The notes below the pieces were generated by a model. It did no database searches, was not told the DNA's origin, and was given only the letters and a program-made list of their open reading frames with translations. Of a stretch of DNA of 64,000 nucleotides, positions 29,991-40,720 are shown piece after piece; the first letter of the stretch is position 1; each line of letters opens with the position of its first letter. The DNA lies in the IMG/VR virus record IMGVR_UViG_3300047382_000771, positions 128,001 through 192,000 of that record; one strand, 5' to 3'. This DNA comes from a virus (taxonomy: Duplodnaviria; Caudoviricetes). Made by a program: the position numbers and the translations under genes.

Positions 29991-31094
29991 TTACAGATCA
30001 AGGACGATTCCAGTCAAGACCCTATTATCAAGGATCATACGACCTTCTTCCATAGAACCGTAGTAACCGATCTTGGACTGACGAACACTGTATTGGTCGT
30101 CTGCAAGCAAGGACATTTCTGAACCAGACTCAGCGTCAAGAGCAATAGCACGGAATAAAGATTCACGGCTACGATCAAGACCAAGTACCAATTCATCAGA
30201 AGATCCGAATGAGAAACCATGGTTAGTGTTGATCTTTCCACCTGCTGTTTCAAGAGCTGCAAAAGCTGAGTTCAACTTTTGGCCAGCGCCGAGCTCATTG
30301 ATTTCCATGATAGAAATACCATAGAATTCAGGAACTCCTGCGTTGTTGTAGATAGCGTTACGCATATCATCTGTAGCAGCGATGTCAGTGTTAGAACCAG
30401 AATGGACAGGCTGATAGGCAAGGGCACGAAGACCTTCTACCATTTCAGGACTCATAATGAGGTCAGTCACACCTTTGATGCGGCCACCCTCAGGAGAAGA
30501 ACCAGTCCAAGCTGTGTTGATTCTTTTGGCTTTAGTAAGTAACTTATTGAAATCGTCAAGATTCAATGATTTACCAGCAGCTTTAACAAGATGGTCATCA
30601 CCATTTGTTGCGGCATCGTAAAGAGCTCCAAGGATCAAAGAAGAGGAAGTACTTTCCATCTTCAAGAGAACTTCTTGAGCGATACGTGTAAATGTTTTTC
30701 CGACTACATCCATGCGGGATTTAGCAGCATAACGCTTATCAAAGTCAACAGAACTGTCGAGGCGATAAGTGTTAAACTTCATTTCAGAAACAGTAGGAGT
30801 AACAGTATTGGTTGGTAAACCACCAGGTACTGTAGTACTGTAAACTGTTACGTAGTCAGGAGCTGAAACATCATAGTAAAGGTCAAGCGGAATACTTGGG
30901 CTATCCATTTCGTTGAACTGGAAGCTAGTAAACAAGTTACTAAGAACTGGTGCTTGATTAATGACTTTGACGAGAACTGGTCCGATGAATTCTGCTAATG
31001 CCATTTGTGCTTCGTATGCAACATCTCTGTTGCGGGATGCCATAGCTTTAACAAGTTCGACTTGTTCTTCTGTGCGCTTAAGTGTAATTTTCAT
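29991..31094 (-). CDS. Major capsid protein (HK97 fold)
   Basis: 367 aa downstream of protease and decoration genes, followed by a strong terminator; ends GYYGSMEEGRMILD. Confidence 0.8.
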   Translation of the reverse strand: MKITLKRTEEQVELVKAMASRNRDVAYEAQMALAEFIGPVLVKVINQAPVLSNLFTSFQFNEMDSPSIPLDLYYDVSAPDYVTVYSTTVPGGLPTNTVTPTVSEMKFNTYRLDSSVDFDKRYAAKSRMDVVGKTFTRIAQEVLLKMESTSSSLILGALYDAATNGDDHLVKAAGKSLNLDDFNKLLTKAKRINTAWTGSSPEGGRIKGVTDLIMSPEMVEGLRALAYQPVHSGSNTDIAATDDMRNAIYNNAGVPEFYGISIMEINELGAGQKLNSAFAALETAGGKINTNHGFSFGSSDELVLGLDRSRESLFRAIALDAESGSEMSLLADDQYSVRQSKIGYYGSMEEGRMILDNRVLTGIVLDL

Positions 31095-31121
31095 TGTAAT
31101 ATATTATGTCCTCTCTACGAA

Positions 31122-31787
31122 TTAAAGTTCCAACTTGATAACATAATAAGAACCATTACCAGTGGAGGGAGCTCCAGCGAAGTAATCGTCTTTACCATAC
31201 GCTTCACGATCACCAACAGCAAGACACTTGCCGATACGGTTGGTACCTGTTCCGTCGAGTTGTCCGTTAGCTCCAGCGAATACATCAGCGCCTGCTGCAG
31301 GAGCTGTTGCTGGATCTACGAATGCGGAAGCGGCCAATGTGACAAGTCCTCGTGTAAGAACGGGAACAACTTCACCTGGAAGTACAGCTTGCATTTCAAG
31401 TGCTTTTTGACGATAGTAGAGAAGTTTTTCTCCATTTTCATCGTGGGTTAAAGTCTGATTAAGAGTTACCCCCAAAATATTAGCTTCGTCTCCTGCAGGC
31501 TCAATTGTGAGTTGAGCGAAGGGATATGCGTTGCCTCCAATGTGGGGGTAGTCTGTTTTGCCGAGATAGCTGTTGTCAACATACTTGACTGGTTCCCATG
31601 GCTGGCCATTGGATCCTGTCAAGGAAGCATTCTTAACTTTAACTAAAACTCCGTTATCGTTTACGCCGTTAGCTCCGTTAAGAACTTGGTCAGCGCTGAT
31701 TGCGTCTGTAATAGTTTTGTCAAGTGCATAGAGGTTGACAACATCATGCTCGTTGTATTGCCTGAACGGTAATAATCTTAGTGCCAT
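31122..31787 (-). CDS. Capsid decoration/cement protein
   Basis: 221 aa between scaffold and MCP; GEVVPVLTRGLV...AGADVFAGANGQL. Confidence 0.6.
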   Translation of the reverse strand: MALRLLPFRQYNEHDVVNLYALDKTITDAISADQVLNGANGVNDNGVLVKVKNASLTGSNGQPWEPVKYVDNSYLGKTDYPHIGGNAYPFAQLTIEPAGDEANILGVTLNQTLTHDENGEKLLYYRQKALEMQAVLPGEVVPVLTRGLVTLAASAFVDPATAPAAGADVFAGANGQLDGTGTNRIGKCLAVGDREAYGKDDYFAGAPSTGNGSYYVIKLEL

Positions 31788-31803
31788 TTTTGTTTCCTCG
31801 TGT

Positions 31804-33378
31804 TTAGTATTGAATTGTTATGCTATCTTCTGAGAAAGCTTGTAGAAATTTTTCTCGAAGCGATTTTTCTTCTTCAGTGCTGGAACCGTTGTTGTTAGCT
31901 AATGCTTCGTCTTCGACTTCTGCATTCTCAATCGCTTCTTCAACGATTTCTTCTTCGGAAGGTGTTTTTTCGGATGCTTCGCTTTGCAAAGATGCCAAGC
32001 GTTCTTGCACTCCAGCTTCGATTTTATCCTGAAGAGCTTTTTCAGTCTCTTCAAGGTGGGCTTTATTTTTATGTTTCCATAATACAGACATCTTTTCTTT
32101 AAAAGATGCGTAAGCCTCTTCGGAATCTAAAGATTGAATTTCATCAGCAAGTAAAGTACGGTCTTCGTCTTCAAGAGCGAAAAGCTCGTCAAGCTCGTTC
32201 ATGCGATCATTGAATAGATCGACGGCTTTCTTAGCTTCAACTTCCGACTTAATTGTGCCGAGTTCTTCTGATGTTTCTTGAAGTTGCTGTTTAATAGCCT
32301 CTAATTCCTGGGCTGTGGATTCAGCAACTTTTTCGAGTTCTTCCTTTTGTCCTAAGAGCTGGTCTTTTTCTGATTGCCATTTTTCACTACGCTCGATAAT
32401 AGCATCATGAAAAATTTTAGTCATGTTAGCAACAGCCTCTTCAGACAACTTCTTGGAAGATTTACTCTCCTCAAGAACATTTTTGAATTGGTCTAGAATT
32501 TCTTGTTCCATAATTTGTTTGTTGTGAATGTTATAAGATTGTACATTCCCTTTTTCTGTTTGGGAAATTTTTTGTTCAGTTTTTATTTCTATTTTATTGA
32601 ACTGAAAATCATCTTCTGAGGCAATTAAATCCTCAGGTATATCGTCATGAGCCATAGTGATACCTTCTACTGATGCAGCGGGATTGGCAGTAAAGCCTAT
32701 TCCTAGGGGGTAAATATCTCCTTTAATTAATCGGTAGACATTTTCTCCTTCTTCGGTTTTGCCTGAACCGCCGTAGCATTTAAGGCATTTTGTGAGTTTT
32801 TCTTTTTCTTCCGAACTTGTGACTATTTTTGCTTCAGATAAATTTTCGCTACCCACTGCGATGTCATATTCATTGAACCCAAGCTCCCAACTAGCGGAAA
32901 CTTTATGGTGAAACTCACTTGATTCATCGGTTGATTTTTCTATCAATTTTGCAAAATCGGGGTTAACTGATTTATATACAACAGCTGACAGTGCAATATT
33001 AAAAGGCTCATTAGATGCAAGGAGTTCTGATGACTCTGTAATCTGACTACTCTCATAAGAAGAAAGAGATGATCCAACTATATGACCAACAACTTTATCT
33101 CTTTGGTGCTCTATATTCGTAGGCTTATGCATGAAGTGATCCTTAATTGCAACTGCCGTTATCCCATTTATTCCATCTCCATTTTTATTAAATAAGTTAG
33201 CTACCGCAGCATTAAAAGCAACTCCGATTATATCTATATTTTTCTTAAAGTCTATGTCTTGAGGTATGAGGCTTTTTAGATCTTCTAAATTCGAAGCACT
33301 TGAAATAAAATCTTCTTCTACTTCTTGTGTCGAAATCTCACTAGCAAAGGACGCAATATACTTGAATGGTAAATTCAT
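31804..33378 (-). CDS. Prohead protease fused to coiled-coil scaffold
   Basis: KPTNIEH...VVGHI, VSASWELGF, GIGFTANPAA; C-terminal half is a Glu/Lys coiled coil. Confidence 0.75.
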   Translation of the reverse strand: MNLPFKYIASFASEISTQEVEEDFISSASNLEDLKSLIPQDIDFKKNIDIIGVAFNAAVANLFNKNGDGINGITAVAIKDHFMHKPTNIEHQRDKVVGHIVGSSLSSYESSQITESSELLASNEPFNIALSAVVYKSVNPDFAKLIEKSTDESSEFHHKVSASWELGFNEYDIAVGSENLSEAKIVTSSEEKEKLTKCLKCYGGSGKTEEGENVYRLIKGDIYPLGIGFTANPAASVEGITMAHDDIPEDLIASEDDFQFNKIEIKTEQKISQTEKGNVQSYNIHNKQIMEQEILDQFKNVLEESKSSKKLSEEAVANMTKIFHDAIIERSEKWQSEKDQLLGQKEELEKVAESTAQELEAIKQQLQETSEELGTIKSEVEAKKAVDLFNDRMNELDELFALEDEDRTLLADEIQSLDSEEAYASFKEKMSVLWKHKNKAHLEETEKALQDKIEAGVQERLASLQSEASEKTPSEEEIVEEAIENAEVEDEALANNNGSSTEEEKSLREKFLQAFSEDSITIQY

Positions 33379-33402
33379 ACTTTAAGTAGATACACCTTTT
33401 TT

Positions 33403-35466
33403 TTACTTTTTACCATTTTTACTGTGATATAAAATTGCAGCAGGATAAGATACTACTTCATGTTCTACAGATATATTAAGTATTTCAGGTAATGTATCAA
33501 GTGTTTCTATTTTATTAAAATCTTGAATGCATTCCTTTAAGGTATCACTCCAAGAAGTTTTTTCAGTTGACACAATAACTGACTCCACCAAATTATCAAG
33601 TAAATCTTTTTGGTTTTTGGAGAGTCTTTTTTTATTGTAATGAGACTTCATTAATTTTTCAGCATCTTTAGACAAAGACTCTATATCATATACCACAGAC
33701 TGAATATCTTGCCTACTATAAAAATTATCAGTAGATGCAATTGAATTAGTTTTAGTATTTGTTCCTGCTGGTCTACCAGGCTCACCAGAGGGCTTTTGCT
33801 GAGGATCTTCTTTGCTAGGCTCATTTTGAAGGTCTTGGCTTTCCATCTGTGAGTCATGCTGCTCTTGCTTCATCTCTTGATCTTCTTCGGTAAGAATAGG
33901 CTGAGCTGCAGCAAGAGGAGTGTAGTAGCCTTTTCTCCTGTCTTCTACAAGTTTTTCTTGAGCACTCTTGAGTTCTGAAGGGTTGGGGTAAATACCCTGC
34001 TTGATAGCGGTCATTCCTTGCTCAGGAGTAATAATACCCATCTCAATTAATCTAGACGCAACTCTTTGTAGTTGGACCTCATCCTTAATATCTATCTCTA
34101 CAAATTTAGCTGTTGGAAAGTTTTTTAATCCAACCATTTTGCAAACCTCTTTGATTTGAGGTTGAAGAAAATCGTTAAGGAATGAATTTCTAGCTTCTTT
34201 TAATCTTTCAAGAAATATCTGAGCCTTTACCTGCGTACTTGAGTAATTTTCTTTACCCACAATAATGTTCTGCAAACCTTCCTTGATATCTTCATTTACA
34301 ATCTGGTATTTTTCAGGGCCTAAAACTTTATTTAAATCAGGTATAACGAAATCAGCTTTAGTTGTATAGTCTGCAATCAATGCCCTTCCAACACTCTCAT
34401 TTAAGAATAGTTGCTGCATTGCTTTTAAGTTGTTAGGATTAACCCCTCCTTTGTCAGGAGTGTTACCCATGGTAATTAAAAGAATTACATTTTCTACTGT
34501 TCTACTAATTGCTTGGTCAACTTTTTTTAATTCTATTTTCCAGTTAATATCATCTAGCACAGGAAAACCAAAAGGAGTCGCAAAAGGTTCGTAATCTTGT
34601 TTTTTATAAAAAGAATAAATTAATTTATCTGGGTCAAGATCAATAAGAACACCATCACTCTCGAATGAATTTTGGCTTATTTTTTCTTTTGCATCCTGAG
34701 GCAAAGAGTCGTATACTTCTTTATCGTAATCCGTTTTTGGGTTTTTTAACCTTTCGATATCGTACTCACTTAGTAGTTTTTTATATACTCCATTTTTTTC
34801 CTCGAATGTAATACTCCTGTGAGCTACAAAGTCATAAGGATTGAGGAATACATACCTCATTGGAATTTTTGTTGCAGCAGCGGTAGATTGCTCTGCGTAT
34901 ATTTTATTTAACTTAGACAAGTCCGAAGACTTAAACTTACCATCAAGCTTGTATACAAATATATTACCAGACCTATAAAACTCTCTAAAATATTGATCTT
35001 TAATTTTCCAGCCCTGAATTTTTTCGAGCCACTTGTAAATAAAGTTCTTTGATTTTTCCGATCCGCCATCTAAATATATATCCGAATTAGCAAACTCCGC
35101 CATTACATCTACAGCATTTCTAAAGATGGGTACATTAGCATATGCTTTTTGACATAACAGTATAGTATCACGAGGAGAAATATATGAATCCTTATAAGAA
35201 TAAGGTAAGTCCATATTTTTTATGTGAGAATATTTATCGCACGAAGGTTCCCTTGCATGTATAGCTCTCCTAGACCTACTTGAGTCTGCTGAAGTGGTCT
35301 GGTTTATATTCCTTGAATATGCAGCGTTACTGTAAAATGTTTCCCCTGCGAATACTGGACCAGTATTATCTGCAGCCGATGAGCTTTCTAAAAGTTGATC
35401 AATCGACTTTTCTTGACTTTTAAACTTGTTCCAGTAGTCCGACTTCTTAGTGTATTTCCTAGCCAT
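33403..35466 (-). CDS. Portal protein
   Basis: 687 aa between TerL and the protease; helical core followed by an acidic linker. Confidence 0.75.
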   Translation of the reverse strand: MARKYTKKSDYWNKFKSQEKSIDQLLESSSAADNTGPVFAGETFYSNAAYSRNINQTTSADSSRSRRAIHAREPSCDKYSHIKNMDLPYSYKDSYISPRDTILLCQKAYANVPIFRNAVDVMAEFANSDIYLDGGSEKSKNFIYKWLEKIQGWKIKDQYFREFYRSGNIFVYKLDGKFKSSDLSKLNKIYAEQSTAAATKIPMRYVFLNPYDFVAHRSITFEEKNGVYKKLLSEYDIERLKNPKTDYDKEVYDSLPQDAKEKISQNSFESDGVLIDLDPDKLIYSFYKKQDYEPFATPFGFPVLDDINWKIELKKVDQAISRTVENVILLITMGNTPDKGGVNPNNLKAMQQLFLNESVGRALIADYTTKADFVIPDLNKVLGPEKYQIVNEDIKEGLQNIIVGKENYSSTQVKAQIFLERLKEARNSFLNDFLQPQIKEVCKMVGLKNFPTAKFVEIDIKDEVQLQRVASRLIEMGIITPEQGMTAIKQGIYPNPSELKSAQEKLVEDRRKGYYTPLAAAQPILTEEDQEMKQEQHDSQMESQDLQNEPSKEDPQQKPSGEPGRPAGTNTKTNSIASTDNFYSRQDIQSVVYDIESLSKDAEKLMKSHYNKKRLSKNQKDLLDNLVESVIVSTEKTSWSDTLKECIQDFNKIETLDTLPEILNISVEHEVVSYPAAILYHSKNGKK

Positions 35467-35511
35467 ACATTATAATACACAAAAAAGTTAAAAGTTACAA
35501 TAAAAGTTACA

Positions 35512-37389
35512 TTAAATTAAAATCGGGGTAAAAGTAGAAGCAACATCTTGGTCTTCTACATTTATCATATCGTAATATGTCTTAATCATCCAGTTCCCTA
35601 GAACCAAAGCTGAATAAGAGTCTTTTCTAGCTTTGCCTGGACCAGTCTGCCTCCTTAGATTTGACGGTAAATTAAATGTTTGAGTCCCCTGTGGGGTTGA
35701 TGTGACCTGTATCAATGCACATTGATTCTTTGTGTAATTCAACATGTCATACTGGTGGTCAACAAAGTCAATCATCATTGCCTGACCCTTAGCTTTGATT
35801 AGTTCTTTCTGGTTAGGCATGAATGTCAGATCGTCAATAGGTATTTTTTTACCTATTTGCTCTCTGTAATCTTTATCTAAGGCCCTAGAGGCAAACCATA
35901 TTCTCTTATGGTCAAAGTTAGCTTGCAGCAGCTCATTGGACCTCCTAATCCAATCTGATGTAGCTTTCCTTAATACGCAGATTCTTTTATCTTTAACATT
36001 ATACTGCGTTTTAGCTACCCTCAACTGTTCTTGATAGTTTTCAAGGTCATCAAAATTTGCTGTTATTTCTTCTAGCTTTATTTTGTCGTTACTAAATTTT
36101 TGGCTAGCATTAGCCGCCTGCATAAACTGTACACCTCCACCGTAGTCACCTACAATTGCTACAATATTAAAACTATGCAATAGATAATGAAAATAATTAA
36201 TATGGTCATTCATCTTTAAGCCAGGCATAGCATAACTATGAACCAATGTACCAGTTTTAGTATTATCGTTCAACTTGAAGACATGCATTGCAAAGTCGTC
36301 AGAACTCTCACTCTCAGCCCAACTAGGATCAAATGCTAAAAGATACTTCGAATCTTTATGGCCAGCGACTTCCACACAAGGGCCTTGCCCGTCTTCAACC
36401 GTGCAGGCAGCCATAGTAGATGTCTTAAAGAAGCCAGAGCTATCGTCAGTAAATATAGCACCAAACTCACGGTCGAATTGAGATTGGCTCATGGTCTGCC
36501 TTGATTGATTAATCAAGTTTTGATCGTAGAGAGCTTTAGGTGCCACATCATAACTAAAATGCATAATCACTCTATTGGCTTCATCCATTTCTTTAGCTTC
36601 CTTTGGGCCATGAATTATTAGGTCTTCAAAAGTTTCATATACCTTGTATAAATATTCAAATTTATAACTAGCAGAAGATAGGGCTATTAATTTATTGTTT
36701 GGCCAAACTTTTCTCTCATCTTCATTCATTTTGCCAGAAGCTATTAATTGGTTCTCCATCTTTGTGAACCTCTCTCTTTCTGTAGGGTTTTGAACGACAC
36801 TCAAAAACGGCAATATAACTTCATTATATACATGCTCAGGCATCAACAAGAATTCGTCAATAATAATTCTATGAAACCTAAAACCACGAAGCTTAGAACC
36901 GTCACCCAATGGCAAAGCAATTATTTTAGAATCCCCAATCTCTAAGGTCCACTGATCATTCTTTTTTGATTTTTTTGTAATGCATTGACCCAAAAACGCA
37001 GCCTCTGGTTTTTTAGCGATATCTTCAATCTTTTCAAAAATCATTTTAGACTGCCTAAATGTAGCAGCCAAGATACCTATCTGTATTCCTTGGTTGAATA
37101 TAGCATCCAAGAAAGCATATATAGCAGTACTGAATGACTTTGACATACCACGACTCCATATGCCAAGAAAGTAATCTGCTTCTAGCATAGACTTGATAGC
37201 TAAATGCTGAAAAGGAAACAAGTCAACTCCTGCTATGAGGTTTGAAGTGAAAGTAATATTTGACCTTAAAAATTTATACAAATAATATTGGGCTTCCTCC
37301 TCATCCAGGTATCCTTGTAGATCAAGTATTTCTTGGTTTGTTTTATCGAACTCAAGATTGTATTTTTGTACTCCTGGTTCCCAAGTCAT
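35512..37389 (-). CDS. terL: Terminase large subunit
   Basis: LFPFQ, Walker A SRGMSKS, Walker B IIIDEF, RNase H-like AFDPSW...DDFA and KDSYSAL. Confidence 0.9.
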   Translation of the reverse strand: MTWEPGVQKYNLEFDKTNQEILDLQGYLDEEEAQYYLYKFLRSNITFTSNLIAGVDLFPFQHLAIKSMLEADYFLGIWSRGMSKSFSTAIYAFLDAIFNQGIQIGILAATFRQSKMIFEKIEDIAKKPEAAFLGQCITKKSKKNDQWTLEIGDSKIIALPLGDGSKLRGFRFHRIIIDEFLLMPEHVYNEVILPFLSVVQNPTERERFTKMENQLIASGKMNEDERKVWPNNKLIALSSASYKFEYLYKVYETFEDLIIHGPKEAKEMDEANRVIMHFSYDVAPKALYDQNLINQSRQTMSQSQFDREFGAIFTDDSSGFFKTSTMAACTVEDGQGPCVEVAGHKDSKYLLAFDPSWAESESSDDFAMHVFKLNDNTKTGTLVHSYAMPGLKMNDHINYFHYLLHSFNIVAIVGDYGGGVQFMQAANASQKFSNDKIKLEEITANFDDLENYQEQLRVAKTQYNVKDKRICVLRKATSDWIRRSNELLQANFDHKRIWFASRALDKDYREQIGKKIPIDDLTFMPNQKELIKAKGQAMMIDFVDHQYDMLNYTKNQCALIQVTSTPQGTQTFNLPSNLRRQTGPGKARKDSYSALVLGNWMIKTYYDMINVEDQDVASTFTPILI

Positions 37390-38312
37390 GACTTATCTAA
37401 AAAATATTGCATATCTGTATTCCATAATTTTTTTCCGTGAAACAATAATCTAGGTATCAGGAATTTTGATTTTTCTCTACTACCAGAAAATATAAATTGA
37501 CATGTACCCGCATAATCATGAGATATAGCTCTAACATTATGCCAAATATAGGAAAGGTTTGATTTATGTGGACCATAATCATTATTCTCTATAATACTAT
37601 CGATACTCGATTCCGTAACAATAAAAACATAAGAAGAGAATTCCTTAGCCCTATCGAGTTCTCTGCGAAACCTCTGTATACCTGTCGAAAAAGTTCCCTT
37701 AAAATCTGATTCACTTTTTCGATCTATGTAAGTATAATCATAATGAGGCTTACCTATAGCATAGTCGCCGAAATCTAGCTTCATGAACATACTGCGCGGA
37801 AATTTCAAGGGCTGTTGTTCACGTGTGTCAACTAATATTTTAAGTTCATCAAAAAAACTATCTTCTGTAAAAAAGCCCGCCATTATATTCTTGTTGAATA
37901 ATGGCCTTATTTTCAATTCGTCGCAAGCCGACGAATAGGAACCAAAAAAACTTTTATATAAATCTATATCAGGTAATTTATTTAATAGAAGCTCTATATG
38001 ACTTGGAGCAAACTCTAACTTCTTTTCTTCTATTCTATTCTTAAGTCGCTTAAGCAAATATAATTTAACATTATCTGGATCAGCATATTCTACCCATTTA
38101 AGAAAATTATCATAATTAATAAAATCATTATTAAAATAATCATTCTTATTTTTAAAAGGCAAAAGTTCACCTGAATGTAAATCTTTTCTACTATAGAAAT
38201 TAACATAATACTCAGCAAGAGTAATTTTATGTATTTTAGATACATGCATATGCAGGCCCTTATCGTTCTTAAAGGACTCGCCGCAAACCTTACACTTAGC
38301 AGGCATAAACAA
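37386..38312 (-). CDS. C2H2 Zn-finger plus ERCC4/XPF-type nuclease
   Basis: CKVCGESF..DKGLHMHVSKIH; ILVDTREQ...GDY...DRKSESD. Confidence 0.8.
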   Translation of the reverse strand: MFMPAKCKVCGESFKNDKGLHMHVSKIHKITLAEYYVNFYSRKDLHSGELLPFKNKNDYFNNDFINYDNFLKWVEYADPDNVKLYLLKRLKNRIEEKKLEFAPSHIELLLNKLPDIDLYKSFFGSYSSACDELKIRPLFNKNIMAGFFTEDSFFDELKILVDTREQQPLKFPRSMFMKLDFGDYAIGKPHYDYTYIDRKSESDFKGTFSTGIQRFRRELDRAKEFSSYVFIVTESSIDSIIENNDYGPHKSNLSYIWHNVRAISHDYAGTCQFIFSGSREKSKFLIPRLLFHGKKLWNTDMQYFLDKS

Positions 38313-38316
38313 ATAA

Positions 38317-38685
38317 TTAATAAGGCCTTACAACGCCTTCAGACAGCATGAGGTCATTGATACATACTTTTGTATCTGAATCGTCGTAATATAACTCACC
38401 CAGTACACGCCCGTATTTACCACTACCCACTGAATGCAAATATATAATATGCTCCTTACATGTTTTTGCCAAATGTGATTTGGCTATTAGCCCCAACTTT
38501 TTCTCATGTATTCTATCATCTAGATTTTTAATTTTACTTTGTAATCTAGTCTCTGGTGCATTTATTCTATTTAATCTTATTCTTTGTCTAGTAGATACTT
38601 TAAAGCCTAAGTCTATATCTGCATCTATAGTATCTCCATCTACAACTCTTATATTGGAGAGCTTATAGTAATATAGTTGACTCAT
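38317..38685 (-). CDS. Thermonuclease (SNase-like)
   Basis: VVDGDTID...RIRLNRINAPE...KYGRVLG. Confidence 0.9.
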   Translation of the reverse strand: MSQLYYYKLSNIRVVDGDTIDADIDLGFKVSTRQRIRLNRINAPETRLQSKIKNLDDRIHEKKLGLIAKSHLAKTCKEHIIYLHSVGSGKYGRVLGELYYDDSDTKVCINDLMLSEGVVRPY

Positions 38686-38940
38686 TTAGATTTTGAACTC
38701 TACATCACCAGAATCGAGATCTTTGTCTTCTGGCTCTAAGACTTTACTTACGGTTAGAGACTCGGTCTCTGCACCACCTACATCTTCTTCCTTTAGGTTA
38801 TTTGGGCTAACGATAGCCCTCATTGCCTGAATTAAGATTTTGTCTGTCTCAGTCATTGGGTTAAACTCCTCTTCGCTATCAAAGAGAGATTTGATTTGAT
38901 TGTATTCGTGATCACCGATTAATAATTCTACTAATTTCAT
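38686..38940 (-). CDS. Hypothetical acidic protein
   Basis: 84 aa ORF abutting both neighbours. Confidence 0.6.
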   Translation of the reverse strand: MKLVELLIGDHEYNQIKSLFDSEEEFNPMTETDKILIQAMRAIVSPNNLKEEDVGGAETESLTVSKVLEPEDKDLDSGDVEFKI

Positions 38941-39990
38941 TTATATTGCATCCTTTTTTGAGATTCCTAATATTCTAGCCTTCCAGCTTTCCATATTGTC
39001 AAGCCGTTCGACTTCTTCCTCGACTAGAGCTTTTTGCATGTCAGCTAACTGAATCATTTGCTTCCTCTGCTCCTCTAGTTGGAAATTCTTAACAAGCGAT
39101 AATATACTGGCATGATCGTCACGCCGATTCTTTAGTCGCTCTGCACGGTCACCATTTAATTTCTTAATAAGTGATTCCATGCGTTTCTCACATTTGTCGT
39201 ATTCGTCAGTTTTAGATTTTAATACTTCTGCTAGTCTAACAGTCATATCTTGCTGATCCTCAACCTCATTAAACATATTATTTAACTTTTCTATATGAGA
39301 AGATATATTTTTTAAATTAATATAATCCACACAGACATTAATATATAAATTTATTTCGTCTGCTGTAAGATCTGGTTTATCCCATGTAGCCCTTATGAAT
39401 TCAGCCTCAAATAATTTTCTATCTTTATCACTACTATAGTTACCTATTACCTGAATGAATCTAGGAGAAGAAAGGTTCCTGATAAGGTTCTTGGCACATT
39501 CTATATCATCGTGTGTCATCTTATCTTCAACGAACTCTGTATGAGCAAATTCGTTAATTTTACCTACAGCTGTTTTTATTATTTTAGGCGGATGGTATTG
39601 CCTGTTAATAGCTGTTTCGCTTTCATGGACAAAATTAGGCTCATATTCTCTTAAAAACTCTAATACGCAGACATGGTGCTTGGAGAATCTTTTAACAGTG
39701 ACATCTGGAAACAGTATTTCTGCAATTTGAAATGCACTCAACCCGTTCTCAGCCTGAGCCTTAATAAAATCTACTTGAGCTTCGGTTAAATCTATATCTT
39801 CCATTTTCTCCCAAGCACTAGTCTCATATTCCAAGTTTTGACTTGCTAGAAATTTCCTAACCGCCCTGCCTTCTTTTGTGCGACCATCTAAGTCGGGATC
39901 GCCGAACAGTCTTCTAGTTAAATCAATAAGACTTGGATTTTTCTTAAACTCTTCAGTTAAGAACTGTTGCTGCTCGTCAGTTAAGTCCAT
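38941..39990 (-). CDS. HTH plus coiled-coil protein, possible terminase small subunit
   Basis: GLSAFQIAEILF HTH-like segment; long C-terminal coiled coil; upstream of TerL. Confidence 0.35.
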   Translation of the reverse strand: MDLTDEQQQFLTEEFKKNPSLIDLTRRLFGDPDLDGRTKEGRAVRKFLASQNLEYETSAWEKMEDIDLTEAQVDFIKAQAENGLSAFQIAEILFPDVTVKRFSKHHVCVLEFLREYEPNFVHESETAINRQYHPPKIIKTAVGKINEFAHTEFVEDKMTHDDIECAKNLIRNLSSPRFIQVIGNYSSDKDRKLFEAEFIRATWDKPDLTADEINLYINVCVDYINLKNISSHIEKLNNMFNEVEDQQDMTVRLAEVLKSKTDEYDKCEKRMESLIKKLNGDRAERLKNRRDDHASILSLVKNFQLEEQRKQMIQLADMQKALVEEEVERLDNMESWKARILGISKKDAI

Positions 39991-40720
39991 CTAGATCGTC
40001 CTCCCCTTTTAGGAATGTGATACCCTTATCTTGCAGTATTTTTACCGCTTTTTCTTTTAGTAAATTTTTAAGGTTTTTTATTTGTTTGTAGCCAGCCTTC
40101 CTTCCAGACTCACTGCTTTTAAAGCCCATCTCTTTGGCTGCTTCTTCGTCTGTTAATTTTTGTACATATAGTAATTGAAATGCTTGCCACTGCCTTTTAT
40201 TTAAAGCACCCTTTAATTCATGTATTAATTTACCAATAGATTTATCTATATTATGGTCATCATACTCTTCATGATTATTTATTTCGTGATAATGATTTTC
40301 TATAGATAATGTAATCTTTACATTGTATGCTTGTCTTTTTGTTTTTTCCCACTTAGCATATAAAGGACAGCCCCCATCTTGCTTGCCGCTAACAGTAAAC
40401 TTACATTCGTTTTCTATAGAATCATTAGAGAAAGGACAATTCAAACAAGGTCTAGCGTAATTACTGTAATTATTTCTTAATATATTTTTAAATTGATTAC
40501 TTATTATTTTATTAAGCCAAGGCTTTATTGGTCTGTCTTGATCCCATTGAGCCCATTTCTTATGTATGTGCGCACGGATGATTTGGCAGACGTCATCAAA
40601 GTCAAGCCAGGATACGGATGTCAAGAACCAGTTGTTGCGCCTTTTATTTAATTCAGCGTCAATTAATTCTGAGAAATCTTCGTATTTGTATTCTGGGTCA
40701 GGGTCTTTCTTTGTCCTCAT
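39977..40720 (-). CDS. Phage RNA polymerase sigma factor (sigma70 family, regions 2 and 4)
   Basis: DFDDVCQII...KPWLNKIISNQFKNILR (region 2); LNKRQWQAFQLLY..LTDEEAAKEMG (region 4 HTH). Confidence 0.8.
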   Translation of the reverse strand: MRTKKDPDPEYKYEDFSELIDAELNKRRNNWFLTSVSWLDFDDVCQIIRAHIHKKWAQWDQDRPIKPWLNKIISNQFKNILRNNYSNYARPCLNCPFSNDSIENECKFTVSGKQDGGCPLYAKWEKTKRQAYNVKITLSIENHYHEINNHEEYDDHNIDKSIGKLIHELKGALNKRQWQAFQLLYVQKLTDEEAAKEMGFKSSESGRKAGYKQIKNLKNLLKEKAVKILQDKGITFLKGEDDLDGLN

